Source: Antedon mediterranea
Taxonomy: Eukaryota; Animalia; Echinodermata
Direction: 5' to 3'
Assembly (NCBI RefSeq): GCF_964355755.1
Contig: NC_092672.1
Span: 1,426,001-1,490,000 of the forward strand
DNA: 64,000 nt
Shown here: positions 19,428 through 33,158 of the stretch, piece after piece
Layout of the letters: every line of letters begins with the position of its first letter
Position numbering within the stretch: the stretch's first letter is position 1
Notes under the pieces: model-generated
Seen by the model: the letters and a program-made list of their open reading frames with translations, nothing else
Database searches by the model: none
Told to the model about the DNA's origin: nothing
Position numbers and translations under genes: made by a program

Positions 19428-22400
19428 ATGGCAGAAACACCAGGAAAACCAATTAATGCTGGAAACCAAGGGCTTGAACAGTTTCTTCTGTTAGCAAAGG
19501 GTACAAAGGCTGGCGCCATGACAGCCCTGATCATGCAGGTTGTAGAGGCTCCTGGAGTTTATGTCTTTGGAGAGCTGCTAGAAATGCCAAATGTCCAAGA
19601 GGTATTAATGTACTATATCATGTGTAATAATTTATTCATTATTCCGCACTTCAAAATGCAACATTATCTGTAAATTCTGTCTAGACTATCAAATTAGGGC
19701 GCTACTGCAGTTTCGCACCACACTGTTAAATCTTCGATTTCTCGCTTAATATTTTTCTCACACCCACATCATACAATTTTGGGCCATTATGTAACATGTT
19801 TCCATGATTTAGCCACCGTTATATTACCTTTATCACAATAAAAAATGCCTTTCAAAACAGCTCCATTTCCGCGAATACCTCGATCGAACTGTGGCCATTT
19901 TAGAATCAGAAAATTGCCAGAAATGAATGTATGTTTTAAGAGTAAGTAAGAGTGGTTTTTATAAAGAACCAGCTAGCTGTACATATATCAAAACGGCGAC
20001 GATATGAGTCTGTACATAAAACATTGATAGGAGTCTAGGACCTATTAATATGAATAATAATACTAATATTATTAATAATGAAATATTAATTTAACCTCTA
20101 TTTCGCCAGCTGAAAATATTTCTTGCCTTTCAAAACTAAATAGACCTAGGCCTATATTATGATGTGTAATCGGATTTTATAACACTGGCCTCTATAGTTT
20201 CTACATTTTTTGGGGGAAAATGAAGCATACATTCTGGCAATTAAGTGATAAATATAAGATGGCGAACATTTTCGCAGTGTGTTCACATCGAGTTCAGTAT
20301 TGTTTAAAATGTTTTGAAAAGTATTGTTATTTTAAAAAAAATACTTCGTAAGTGGTCGAATCGTATACACGTGTTATATAATATTATGTTGTGAGTGTGA
20401 AAAAGAAAAATTTAGGTGAGAAATCGAAGATATAACGGTGTGGTGCGAAACTGCAGTAGCGCCCAAATTAGTTTGAAAAATAGTGTGCCCAGATATGGTA
20501 GTAATATCGTCGTGTCCATACATGGGCACATCACAATTTTTTGTCACATAAAGTTTGATAGTGTGAACAGAGCTTTAGTAACTCATAATCATCTTCCTAT
20601 ACTGTGCTGAACCCGGGTCCGGTTGATCACTTATTCATTATTGTGAATTTTTTTTAGTTAGCTGAAGGGCCTCACAAAAAGTTTCACAATCTGTTGACAC
20701 TGTTTGCTTATGGTACCTACCAAGACTACAAAGGTGAGTGAACTTTATCAAACTTTTTTTTAATTCATATATATATATATATTTGTATAATTATTATTTC
20801 TGTAAATCTTCTGTTAATAAATCCTATTTCCTTATTTAGCTGATCCCAGTAATTTTCCTGAACTCTCAAAACAAGCGATCTCAAAACTGCGGCACCTGAC
20901 GATAGTATCCATAGCAGCGAAATGTAAACGTATTCCATACACACTCCTACAACAGGAACTGGATGTGAACAACTTAAGAGAATTAGAAGTAAGCATATGC
21001 TAAATTTGCAATTAGGCATTTCGTATTTACTACTTAAATAAAAATAAATCCTTTTTTTTTTCAATTAAAACTATTTAACAATCACTACACTATTCATTCT
21101 TCATACAAATGTTTCTTTTTAAAACTAAAAATATTTATTTTACTTCTTCAGCAAACCCATAAAAATAAAAAAATACAACGTGGAGTGTTGAGAAGGTTGA
21201 AAAAGTATCACTAGAAATGGTGTGACACCTGAACTCCACTTGTCAGCACATATTGACAAAAGAATGAAATTGGACAAAATTAATTATTATAATGTGTATA
21301 TACAATGAAATCATAATGAAATCATCATTATTCAAATCATTTTTTTAGGATTTATTTATTGAAACAATTTATGCTGGTGTAATAGAAGGTAAATTAGACC
21401 AAAAGAACCAGCAGTTAGAAGTAGACTATGCAATTGGTAGGGACATGAGGCAGGAGGCTATCGTTGACATCGTAAACACTCTACAACAATGGTTAGTACT
21501 CCTACAGGATAATACATTCTTAATGAAATGAGGTACCTAAAATGCTAAAGGTATTAATACTGGTCCTCAAGCTTAACTGGAAACTGAGGAAATTCAGATT
21601 AGGCCCTCCACAGAACCATGGCAGCCAGCAGTGCAATGCCTACAAGATCAGCGCACCGGAGACACTCCCCTACTCTTTTCGAATAGTGTACCAAATTTTT
21701 TAATGTGCACTATGTACGCAAGACCAACCGCTTTATGTCCCAGCTGAAGACAATCACCTAATCTAAAATTGATGATTGTAAAGAGTAGAATAAAAATCTA
21801 ATTATTTTGATATCATTTAGGTGTGATGGTTGTGAGACTGTGTTAAGTAATATTGAAGAACAAATCATCAGAGCAAACAAAAACAAAGACAACTGTATTA
21901 AAAAACGACAACAAATAGAAACAGAGGTAAGAGAATACAGCAATGTATAGCTGCTATACTGCAGTAACTGCAGTATTAATGGGTTATTGATATGATGCTA
22001 TTGACAAGGTTAGCTACATAAATACGAGTGGCTGTATTCACCATTCAGACTTAGGCTAAGGGAAACAACTACCATTAAAAATAAAAAATCTCCTATCTAA
22101 GTAAATACAATTAAAGGGAAATAAATATTTATTGAGTTAAGTGAAATACTTAATATTTAAGGAAATTGTTTATTGGTGAATATGGGTTTTGTTAATATGA
22201 GGTAACATTTCTGTATAAAAACAAATTTGAGAATGTAATCGTATTGCTTTGATTTGAAGGTAATAAACATCAAAAAAGCTATCAAGGCGTCATCACAAGA
22301 CATAGATGAACAACACATGTCAACCGATACAAGAGAAGCAGATATCCAACCTTCAAAACCTGCAAAAAAACAATCAAAGATGAAAGGGTAAATATTTATT

Positions 22401-22645
22401 ATGGATTGGGTAAAATAATTTGAACGAATATGCTGGTATTAATTTAGAAATGTAAGAAGAATATACAAGATACAGTATTGTAGTGTATTAATCAATTAAT
22501 ATGAGTTTAACAAGATACAGTAATAATAATAATTACTGATTGTCCGAATTGTCCGAACTATAATAATAATAATTACTGTATAACAACATTTGAAATTCTT
22601 TTGTGTTGTAGATTAAGAGGAAGTGGGAAGTTCTGGAATAAATGA
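19428..22645 (+). CDS. COPS7: COP9 signalosome complex subunit 7, 269 aa
   Basis: Exons 19428-19601, 20658-20733, 20840-20988, 21349-21491, 21821-21926, 22260-22387, 22612-22645 (810 nt). Motifs: [10 protein letters not shown]; [20 protein letters not shown]; LFAYGTY; KLRHLTIVS; LRELEDL; [19 protein letters not shown]; WCDGCE; C-terminal [11 protein letters not shown]. Confidence 0.96.
19697..20464. mobile_element. 768-bp non-autonomous DNA transposon with long TIRs, nested in MITE A
   Basis: TIR GGGCGCTACTGCAGTTTCGCACCACAC... at both ends (~80 bp, imperfect). A 6-bp direct repeat aaatta lies at 19691-19696 and 20465-20470. Confidence 0.88.
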
Positions 22646-23796
22646 AGAACGAGTTAGGAGGGGTGGGGAGGAGAAGGACGAGGAAGAAGATGGAGAGGAG
22701 GAGGAGGAGAATGCAACTCATAGAATCACACCCTGCATCAAAATAGCAGAATATAAACTAAGCATTGATTATACATACATACTGCTAATAGCAGTCTAAA
22801 GAACTGTCCACAATATCAAACTAGTAATGGACATGATGATGTCATATGACTGCCATATTTGGGCACGTCATACTTTTTTGTCAAACTGGTGTGGGCAGAG
22901 CTTCAGTGATAGTGTCTTGTATAGTAATAACTCATCAATCATATGGATATGATTCAATACAAGATGTTACTGTAGCTTTGAAACATAACTATCCAAATAT
23001 ACAGATTTTTCTAATTATTATTTTTATATTATTTTGTAAATATTTTAAAACTGAAGTTGTTTTAAATAGCTGCTGGTCATCAATATGGATACCATCAAAT
23101 TTAAATTGCTTATTAGCTTGTGTCTCTTTAGACAGAGGATCTGACCCTTTAAGAACTGAGTTGTCAATACATTGGTATGCAGTTGTGTGGTAGCTGTATA
23201 AATACAATTACTATTGAGTCTAAATAGTGTTTTTCCATTATTAGTCAATAAAATTTATCACAATAAGTAAAAAATTACAATTTTCATTTTAAAAGAATTA
23301 GTAAATCAGTCTCAATCACTTTTACATAAGAATTTATTACAGAGCGGCTGTATAATATACTAAATTAGCATATTATGCAAATTAGCATATGCTAATTTTG
23401 CATCCACTTAAGTTCAGCCATACAAAAAAATAGAGGGCGGTATAAAAATTAAAAAACAATGAAAGACAACGATAAATATAGAGGACGCCATATAAAAAAA
23501 TCAGCAGTTAAAAAGTTTTGAAATTTATTTACAGTGACGTCCCCCGTTTTTTTTAAATTTGTTTGAATTTGACCGTTTATTGTGTCTTTTTCTAAGTGAA
23601 ATGCTAGCAAGGATGTCATTGTTATATTCTTTCATAAAAATTGTTTATCCATATCGGTTTATCTCTAAATATAAAAATATTCTAATTGTGACGATTTGAG
23701 TATCCATTTTGCATTTAATCACTAATTTTTCTAAAGAAAATCACAAACGTGCACGTTCGCTGCCATAAATAATGTACAGGTTTCATAAAAAGATTA

Positions 23797-24206
23797 CCGT
23801 AAATCTTCTAATTGAAACCTGGGTTATTATTCTTTGATTGTTTTTTAGGGTGGGTTACTATTACTAATCTTAAATTAGGCCGCCTGAAAATAGTAACCCA
23901 ACCCCAACTTTTCCGGTCAGCAACTCATACCAATTAATAATAAAACAGTACGAATAAAAAAATTTGTTTGAACTCTAACTTTATTTTATAAACTCAAAAA
24001 CACTCGAGTCAATCTTCCCCCACTCCCGAGATCAACATGCATTATCTCCTTATTTACGGCTGCATCATAAGTTTTTGTGACTCTAATAGTAGGGCCCACA
24101 TGGGTTACTATTATAGTGTGGGTTATTATTATAGATTGACTTATAAGGTGGGTTACTATTAGAATGGGGGTTATTAGAGTGTGGGTTACTATTAGAAGAT
24201 TTACGT
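23797..24206. mobile_element. ~410-bp TA-flanked MITE (Tc1/mariner/pogo-like ends)
   Basis: ta|ccgtaaatcttctaat ... attagaagatttacgt|ta, with subterminal gggttactatt repeats. Confidence 0.75.
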
Positions 24207-25419
24207 TAATTCTATTCGAGTGTCTGCGACAATACTCCTTCTTTTCACTGTCTAACTAAGTAAACATTACAGATGTTTAAATGACTCTAAAATACGTGTT
24301 CTTTTTGTTTTGAAATATGCTGTTGCATTGCATAAATTTTTGCAATAAATGCGTTTGTAGCCCGTACATACCGTGAATCAGTAATATAAATTAATCAAAA
24401 TCCTCTAGGCCTACGTACCTACCCTGAACGAGTACACTCCAGTCGTCTGAAAAAGCTCTCATCCTATAAACTTCTCGATTAGGCCTTATAGTAGCTCTTC
24501 ACACCACCTCCTGCTTGCACGACATAAAGAAAAGAAGCGAGTTTATTGTGAAATTACGATGCATTATGGGATTTTTATAACCCTTCTGAAATTATTTGTT
24601 TTCACTTTATTTTATTTTTACCAATGCATATAGTTAATTGAAAAAAAACCACATGGAATACCATATTATTTATATCAATTAATACCAATTATTTTTCTTA
24701 TGTTAATGTATTATATTAGTTTTATAATTGTATAACAATTATACTCTTGTAAGTGAGGACTGACATTTCAGGACTACTGCCAGGCGGCACACAGTACAGT
24801 AAAAACAACATGAATGCATTAAACAAAACCAAATAATAGGCCCACAAACTAGGCCCACAAACTAGGCATACAAACTAGGCCCACAAACTAGGCCTAAAAA
24901 CACCAGCTCGCCAACAGTGATCTTTCATCCTCAAAATTCAGCAAACAAAACATTTTTTACTGTCATAATTATAACCAAATTGGACATCAAAAACTGATTT
25001 GAAATAAATGTATATACTTTTATTTTTTATAAAATCTGCAGCTTTATTAGTAGTCCTACTTTATATACTAATGTATTGGTTACCATTGGTTACCATCAAT
25101 ATTGCATTTAAATTAAATAAAGACTTATCACTATTAACTTGTTATCGATGTGGAACCTAATATAAATGATTAAATTATAGTTTAAATAGCATAGGCCATA
25201 CGAAAAAATAAAGATTCGATTCATAAATAAAAGTAACGTAGACATTTTAGGCAACAACAACATGTTGTCTGAGTTTGTCTTTTATTCAAAATAGTTTTTG
25301 GAATGTTAGCTAGGAAGTTACATAATATCGAACTCCTTTCAATGTTCGTTTTCAAAAAGCATGTACACTTCGAAAACGTTTTGGCAACTTTGCTTTGCTT
25401 ATTCTTGAATAATGTACGT

Positions 25420-25760
25420 ATTCATCCGCTTTAGTATACATTGAAGAGTGATTAGTAACATATTATCATATATTTCTTTTTGACTACTCCGCTTTACATA
25501 AAATAGTACCATATATTTAACGACTCATTTATTTCTTCTTGGCTACTTCGCTTTAGGCCTACATTATAAACAGTACCATATTTTTCGGCAATATTTTATC
25601 TTTTTTTGACTACACCGCGGCTCTACAATGAATAGTTCCTTACATTTCAGGACTCATTTATTTCTGTTCGTTGAATAGTACCAGCATATTTTACGAAACG
25701 TTTATTTCTTCTTGGCTGTACTCCGCTTTATATTCAATAGTAGGCCTACCATTTTAACGA
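25420..25760. repeat. Degenerate ~60-bp tandem repeat (tactccgcttta...atagtacc...catttatttc)
   Basis: About 5-6 diverged units visible. Confidence 0.7.
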
Positions 25761-26372
25761 CTTTCATAATTATGTTATCTTTGAATACAATTTACAATGT
25801 TATTTATATTAGGATGGCTTTCGAAAACGATTAAAGCAGTTTTTGAATAGATTAATAACATTATTAATTAATATCTACAAAGCTGTTACAATATTATTTC
25901 ATACTGGTAGTAGTAGTAAATAACTACCATGAACGATCAAATGATGTGTCGAACAAACCGAGTCACTCACAGGTCTTTGTCTGTGGCTGTTGTGTCTTCC
26001 TCTTAATAGACGTAATGAATAATGCTGTGTATATTTCTTGGTTTCTTCCATTCGCGTTTAGGAAAACCACAATACGATGCAATATCTTCTCACAATAAGA
26101 ACAGGTTGTGAAGAAATATATAAAACATAAAACTGCATACATACACACTGTCGTGGACAGACGTAATGGCGCCGTAGTTGGCTGCCGATGACACGATGTG
26201 ACTCTTAAAGAATGTTGTTGAAAAGATGTAACATCTAAGTCCACAGCGCCTTTGATCACTAATTGTTGCTGGAATTGGCGCTTTACAAATTCGTATATTA
26301 TTATTAGTATTATATATTCCTGACTATTTTCTTGAGGTTTACTAATATATAAGTAGTTGTACTGTGCTTATC

Positions 26373-29300
26373 TTACTGTACAATACCTGTACTAGCTAAG
26401 TGCAACCTTTGTATCATGTCTCTACACGAGTCAAATACATGTTTAATGTTCTCTGTATCTACTGCGCATGTGAAGTGTGGATAACAGTTCTTGCGAAACT
26501 TCTGATCTTCAGATTTTGAGGTGCTTATTTCCTGTGAATGAGATTGTGTGTACTTAAATAAACTATAAAGATCATTAAAAAGTAAATAAATGTATTAGGG
26601 GAGGAGTGCCTGACCAGGTGATTAGATTACTAGGTGCTCAGGTAAGCTTGAACCCAGGGGAAATGGATCATGGAAGACTGACCAGCGCTAACATATTTAT
26701 TCGATTTTAAAATGAAGTTTCTTTCGAGATTGTCTTTTTGTTTCTGAGAAATATAATAATAAATCATAATGTATAATATGGTAAATATATTATAATAAAT
26801 GAAGGAAGCAAAAAAACACAGGAAGTAGGAAGTAAGTAAGAATCAATACAGAATACAGACATGTATGCGAGATAGGAAAGAAAGAATGGAGGTTCATTAC
26901 AAGAAGGATGGATAGATAGGAACTACACTTAGTTTTAGTATTATCATGACTTATTTCTCCATATTATACGTCTATACCTCAAACTGTGCTTTGATGTACA
27001 TCTTTACCCGGAAGAACTCTGCTCGTTGATGATTGGTCAGACCTTCGGGCTCTAACAATTAAAAATAACAATTCTGGTTAGATTTACCTCAATATATTTT
27101 TTTTTAATTGCATTCGGTGAATATTATATATACAAATGGTGAACTGGGGATAGAGACAAAACCTCAGTCTAACCATCGCCAAATTTATTCCAACTATAGA
27201 CAAAAAAATACAGATGTTCAAATAATTACAGTATCAGTAACAATAGGAACAATAGATTACAATATTAAAACATGGTCCATGCAGAAGACTATGTATATAA
27301 ACATTAAAAACAAAGTAGCTTTTAATAGAGCCCTCCAACGTGTCCACAATATGCTTGGTAGTTCCCACCACTAGAGACGACTAGAGATTTGACCAATCAC
27401 AATCGATGGATTTTTCGAACTGTCGCTTGTCATTGGTCAACTCACTTCCGTCACTATAATTTCTTTACCATATGCAGTAATCTTCTTTATCGAGTCCTTG
27501 TGAGGAGACAAGCCACAGCAGCCGGGTTGTAATTCGCGAAGATCACTTTGAATTTCATCAGGAATCATTGATTTCTTTGAGAACACCTGATAGTCTTTGA
27601 AGTAGTCCCCTAACTTGGTGCGACCGGATTTGATCTTCTCAGCTAAAATATCTTGCTTGTTTAAAAATAGGACCATCGACGTGTATCTTAGATATCTGCA
27701 GGAATAAATACAATTGTTATTCTCTCGATATGATCAATTTATAAGTTCGCATAACAATGATCTGTAGTAATTTGATAGCACTTACTTGTGATTCCATATT
27801 GATTTGTAAAGATCCAAGGCTTCTGATAATCTATTTTTATTTTCTTCTCTTAGTGTCATGTCGTAGCTGCTAGCTGCAACTACAAACAGCATCGCAGTCA
27901 CATCTGAAAATAAGCATTGGAGTTATTTCGTACTCTAATTCTTCAAAGATGTATAATTATGTATATATAATAATAAAATCGACTAAAGCGTTGTAATACG
28001 TACCAGAAAATAATTGTAACCATTTTATTCGTTCTTCTCGCTGGCCTCCAACGTCGAGTAAACTAAAATTAAGTGAAACAATACATAAAACATCTTTATA
28101 CATTTATTTAGCAAATGTGTATTAACTTTGTACCGGTATTTAAATTAAATCACTGTTTAACTTTAACTAACTGCTTTCTTGATTTTCCAAAAAAAAAATC
28201 TATGTACAGTAAAAGTCCTATATATTAGGACTTGACTTAAGCAGTAGCCAGAGAGCCTCCCTCTTTCCTTCATCAAATCGAATTATAATTTAGGTTCAGT
28301 AGTAGCAAAGCAAAACATATTAAATTAATAATAATTCGATATTATCAGAAACCCAATACCGTTATGCTTTGTTGTTCGTCACAATATTACAATTATTTCA
28401 CAGTTAAATAGCAATCAACTTACTGAAACCTAACATTCTTAATTTGAAACTCTGTAACTAGAACTCCGGTTGTCATTACACGACATCGTAGAATATCCTA
28501 CAAAAAATATGCAGTAGTATACCGTCAATAGAAATGTGTTGTACTACAATATTGTGTGTATATGTATGGAAGTGCGTTTATTATTTGAGGGAAAATAAAG
28601 GAGAAGAGGTGTTTATTCATAGCGGAGATTTTGATCGAATAATATACGGTAGCTAAATGGACATATTATGTCTAACTATCAATTTCCTCATAGTTGGGTT
28701 TATTCTTGTACACCCATCAACTCAAAAATTAGTTACCTGATCTGTAGGAACATATTCTCGTTTCCGAACTCTGTCTAATGAGTCTAAAAAACTGAAATGG
28801 AAAATATAATGAAGATAATAGTAATATTACACTGTAAATTAAATAGTATAAGCAACGTTAAAGATTAGTTTAGTCACTTCACGAACAATATATTTATGCT
28901 GAGGCTTATTTTTAACTGGAAGTTTGACTTCTAAGATTTGTGATATGCTGATGATCTTCTGTTTGGTACAATAATAATGTTTTACTCATTTAATGCAGCA
29001 ACACTGATTGTTCATCTACTTTTAACAATTTTAACAACAAACTAACTGACATATCACCATTTGAACACTACTAAATTATAACACAACGAACTTACTATTT
29101 TGCACAATCTATAAGTTGGTACTCGTTGGATCTACTATAGCAAGACTGGATACCACCATCGGCCCACAGAGCAGTCGTTGCGTCATAAAATTGCTGAACA
29201 AAATTAATATAAAAGTTTATATATTAATTAATGGTAATTTGGGATTCATTATTGTTTTCAAACATTATAACTGAATGAAAGACAAGACGCTTGATAATGG

Positions 29301-31619
29301 TAAATACAATGTATATACAATTCATTGAAGTACAGTGATGGTTAATCTGGGTTCCAGACGGAGTTTTGACTTAATAATATAAATAAAAAGATAAATATTT
29401 TGGCACAAATAGCGTTTCATACATATACTACTTGAATACAAAAATCTAAACGTCGACTGGTGTTCTATCATAAAAAAAGACAATAAATACAAACTTAGGG
29501 CAAGTCTAAGTGATGGTATAAGGGGGGGGGGGAGGAGCGACAGTGACGGACTTATTTGAGTTTCTATGTCTTCCATTGACCAAATGATACTTGTTGTTTT
29601 TTGTTTGTATAGGCCTTCATGTTGGTTTTTGCTGATTTTGGTCGAAATAACTGTTGAATTGAATATTATTATTCTGTGTATTAGTATGTAGAATTTAACC
29701 ACAATTATAACAAAGAAACTTGTATCACAAAACTTTCCAACATTATTGAGATTAAAGAAAGCATTGTAGTTTGCGTTACGATTCATTACCTAACAACATT
29801 ACAGAACTGATTGATATCTACCTCATTCAATTCAAAGTTCGGTGCACTTGCTTCGTCGAGAATGTAGTCAAGTGCTGAGTTTAATTCAGGATTTTCAAGT
29901 TCAATTGGGCTGTTTAACGTGTTCATAACTCCAGCAATGGTCTGAAAATGTAGCAAACGTCACAAGTAAAATAAAACTAAGCTTGATTTTCTATGTCACT
30001 TTAGATTGCGAAAGTTCTGAGGATTGATCGTTTGTGATTGGTCAAATTACTTTTGCTGCGTGTACGACGACGCCTCGTGTAACAACGCAATTAAGTTTAC
30101 CAATCACAAGCGAAAGTTCTGGCAATCCCCGTTTGTGATTGGTCAAATTACTGCGGCGCAGTTACGTACTTGCGTCCAAACCAAGATTCAGGAACGGATC
30201 AAAACTTAGTATAAGCCAAACATTGTTATAAAACGATAAAAGGTTCCAATTATTGAAATTAATATTAGAATAACTTATCAATTAACCTTACCGATCTTTG
30301 GTACAGATTTACCCCTAATAATACCAGGCCAAGAGAAAATTAACTTTGAACTTTACATGTCTTCTGATAATGTAAAGCAAATATAATTTAAGTAAACAAT
30401 CCAGTTATGACTACATTAAATCGTTGGAATGTCGTCATCATTTTAATGGATCATAGTGCTTACTTAGCCCTGGGCTGTTGTTGCAGTTTATATAAGTCTG
30501 AACTTACTAGAATAGCATCGTGTACGTTACTTCTGATTTCGGGAATTCTTGCTTGTCTTTCTCTAAAAAAAGAACACAAACAAAGCTGACCGAGTGTGTG
30601 ACGATTACGTAATAATAATTTAGGTATTTAGGTATTTGTATAGCGCCAGAATCAACTAAACCAAAGTAAAAATCAAAGGCGCTTATATTGGATGTTTAAA
30701 AATAGCAATAGAAGTTGATTTAGTAAAATGACGAGGGAGAGAATTCCAAAGATAAGCAGCAGAGAACATAAAAGACCTTTGACAATAAGATTTGGTGTTA
30801 ATTCTAAGAACAAGTATTAGGTCTATATGACTTATTAACTAGGCCTTAATAAAACAAAAATAAAGCAGTTATGTACTTTTGGTCTAATCACAAGAACATG
30901 AAAGAATATTCATTTATAAATGTGTGACTTGTGACAGATTTGAACATTGAACTTTGCTGTATGAAAGTTTAAGCTAATAATAATTTGTATTTGGAAGTTA
31001 TACTTTTGGAACAGTATACGTTTTTAGAAACAAATTTTACCCCAAAAACATACTTATATAAATTATGAAAAAAATATAAAAAGTAATGTTGGATTGTAAA
31101 GGTACTAAGAATTTCTCAACCCATCCCCCGCCTCTTCTCATGTCAGCTTAGTAAAACTAAAACATCGAGCGCACTCCAGCAGGGGGATTTACCCGGAAAA
31201 TGAAATAAACTTACTCGTCGGGAAATCCACCTTTATGAAGAATTTTCATTTGTTTCACTATTGTACTTTTTCCGGACTCTCCTGCACCTACAAGCATATT
31301 AAAATACGTTTATCATAAAGAATGGTCGTCTTGTGGGTAATGGCATAATGAGTCTAATAATTGGTTCCCATTAGATAGGCAACACAAGGAAGTAAGCGTT
31401 CTTAGGTTTGTACGGCTCAGCATGACACACATGTACGTACATTGTAGGCTCTATAACACATTCATTGTTGTTGTGAAATATTTTAATTGTCTTACCTACT
31501 AAAACAAGTCTCATTGTGTTCCGAACTTTGTCTTTAAACTTTTTCCTTTCATCTTTCAATTGTCTTTCTATTTGTTTATTCCTCTCATAAGCTTCATCAT
31601 GACCCAATCGGCCCGCCAT
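26373..31619 (-). CDS. Heterotrimeric G-protein alpha subunit, divergent Gs family, 411 aa
   Basis: Exons 31496-31619, 31215-31287, 30508-30562, 29822-29941, 29096-29193, 28737-28791, 28424-28497, 28004-28062, 27786-27903, 27469-27695, 26978-27051, 26373-26531 (1236 nt). G boxes: [32 protein letters not shown]. Gs signatures: [16 protein letters not shown] and [14 protein letters not shown]. Exon sizes 73/55/120/98/55/74/59 match the GNAS exon pattern as I recall it. Confidence 0.93.
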
Positions 31620-32831
31620 ACCTGATGTATATACTACTCAGAGCAATAACTTCGAAAATGGTATACGTCACGTTTTTAAAATTAGGCCTATGTGTATTCC
31701 AGACATTGTGAACGTATTCCTTATGTGAAGCAGCCCAGTGTTTATAGGCCTATAAGTAAGCTGTCATAATTAAACGTCGTCACTTCCTTAATCGTGTGTC
31801 TTGATAAAATCTAGGAAAAACCTGAAAAAACAATCACTTAATTTGATAGATATACCTTTGATAAGACATACTATTGGAAACAAAATAATATAATAATTTT
31901 CAAATCGTACAGAATTATGTAAATAAAAATAATACCTACCGCGTCCACTATCAATGCTGTAGTGATCGTACTTGCATACGAACGTCAATACGGCCTTACC
32001 TTTATAAATAGCACAATGCTATAATATACCTTTATAAAAACTTGAATAAAACTCTGTCAAGTGTGAAAGTATTTCTGTGTGTTTACATTAGCGTAATAAA
32101 AGTACAATTAGTAATCATTCGTTGGAAAATTGTTACTTCAGCCCGCAGTGTCAGTGCGAAATAATTAGGTTCTTAACCCTATATAAATATGTATCATGAC
32201 TTACCCTCTTCAAATATTGTTATTACTAGGTTCGTTATATCCTACTACAAGCATTCATACTGTTTGTTCTCAACCACTATGTCTATCTATTTGACCATAA
32301 CTAAAGTGCATAGAGTGTACGTATTCCAGATAATGACGTCATCGCGTAACTCATTGACTGAATTACGTCAGACGCCAAGGCGTACGCACTTGAGTTTCAA
32401 AGACAATCGTACGAATTGACACAATACAATCAGAAATCAATACACGCTACCATACAATTTGACACAAAAGAAATCATAACGTATGACACTCAGCATAATC
32501 ATTGCGGTCGCCGCAGCCAGAGTGGTTTAAATATTAAAAAGTGTAAGAATCATCGAAAATTAAATCAATACTACATGCAACCGTGATTGATAAACATATT
32601 TACAATTAGTACCATAAAATAACAACAGTAAAGTCGTAATATATTTCTATTAATAACTAAACTGCTGTGTCAACGTGATTAAAACACTACGAATGTGCAC
32701 GCACAGGTTCGTAGTAAGTGGTTCAGGCGAAACACATAACGTACGCGCAGCACATATTTGACCAATCACAAGCGATCTGAACTGTCGCTCCAAATTACTT
32801 GCGTTTTTTTTGCGCGCGTACATAACTTACT

Positions 32832-33158
32832 TAAGCGTGGTTCCCACTAGCGACGCAACACAAGGACGTAACGCAACGCAAGTGAATTGACCAATCACAA
32901 GCGATGGCTTATTCGCTTATGATTGCTAACTGTCTATAACTTCGCTTGTCATTGGTTAAAACGCTTGCGTTGCGTTTACACCCTTGCGTTACGTTCTAGT
33001 GGGAACCAAGCTTTATAATAGCTTGTTCCCACTATACTAGCGACGCAACGCAAGGACGTAACACAACGTTAGTGATTTGACCAATCACAAACGATGGATT
33101 CGAACAGTGGCGTGGTATTGGTCAACTCGCCTGCGCGTCTCTAGTGGGAACCACGCTT
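32832..33158. mobile_element. Two adjacent copies of palindromic MITE family B (GGTTCCCACTAG...CTAGTGGGAACC)
   Basis: TIRs plus internal inverted GACCAATCACAAGCG motifs. Related copies at about 27357-27448, 32755-32800, 34998-35122, 38745-38825, 48423-48563, 49197-49328 and 62835-63008. Confidence 0.82.

Noticed and set aside
27437-27468. Galpha exon extended to the GAA|GTGAGT donor at 27445, as in the ORF track
   Set aside because: That donor lies in a MITE B remnant and is phase 0, whereas the next exon needs phase 1. The G|GTAAAG donor at 27468 restores the frame.
29322-29786. 154-aa ORF inside the Galpha gene
   Set aside because: Intronic, low complexity, spans a dispersed repeat and a poly-G tract, and shows no homology signal.
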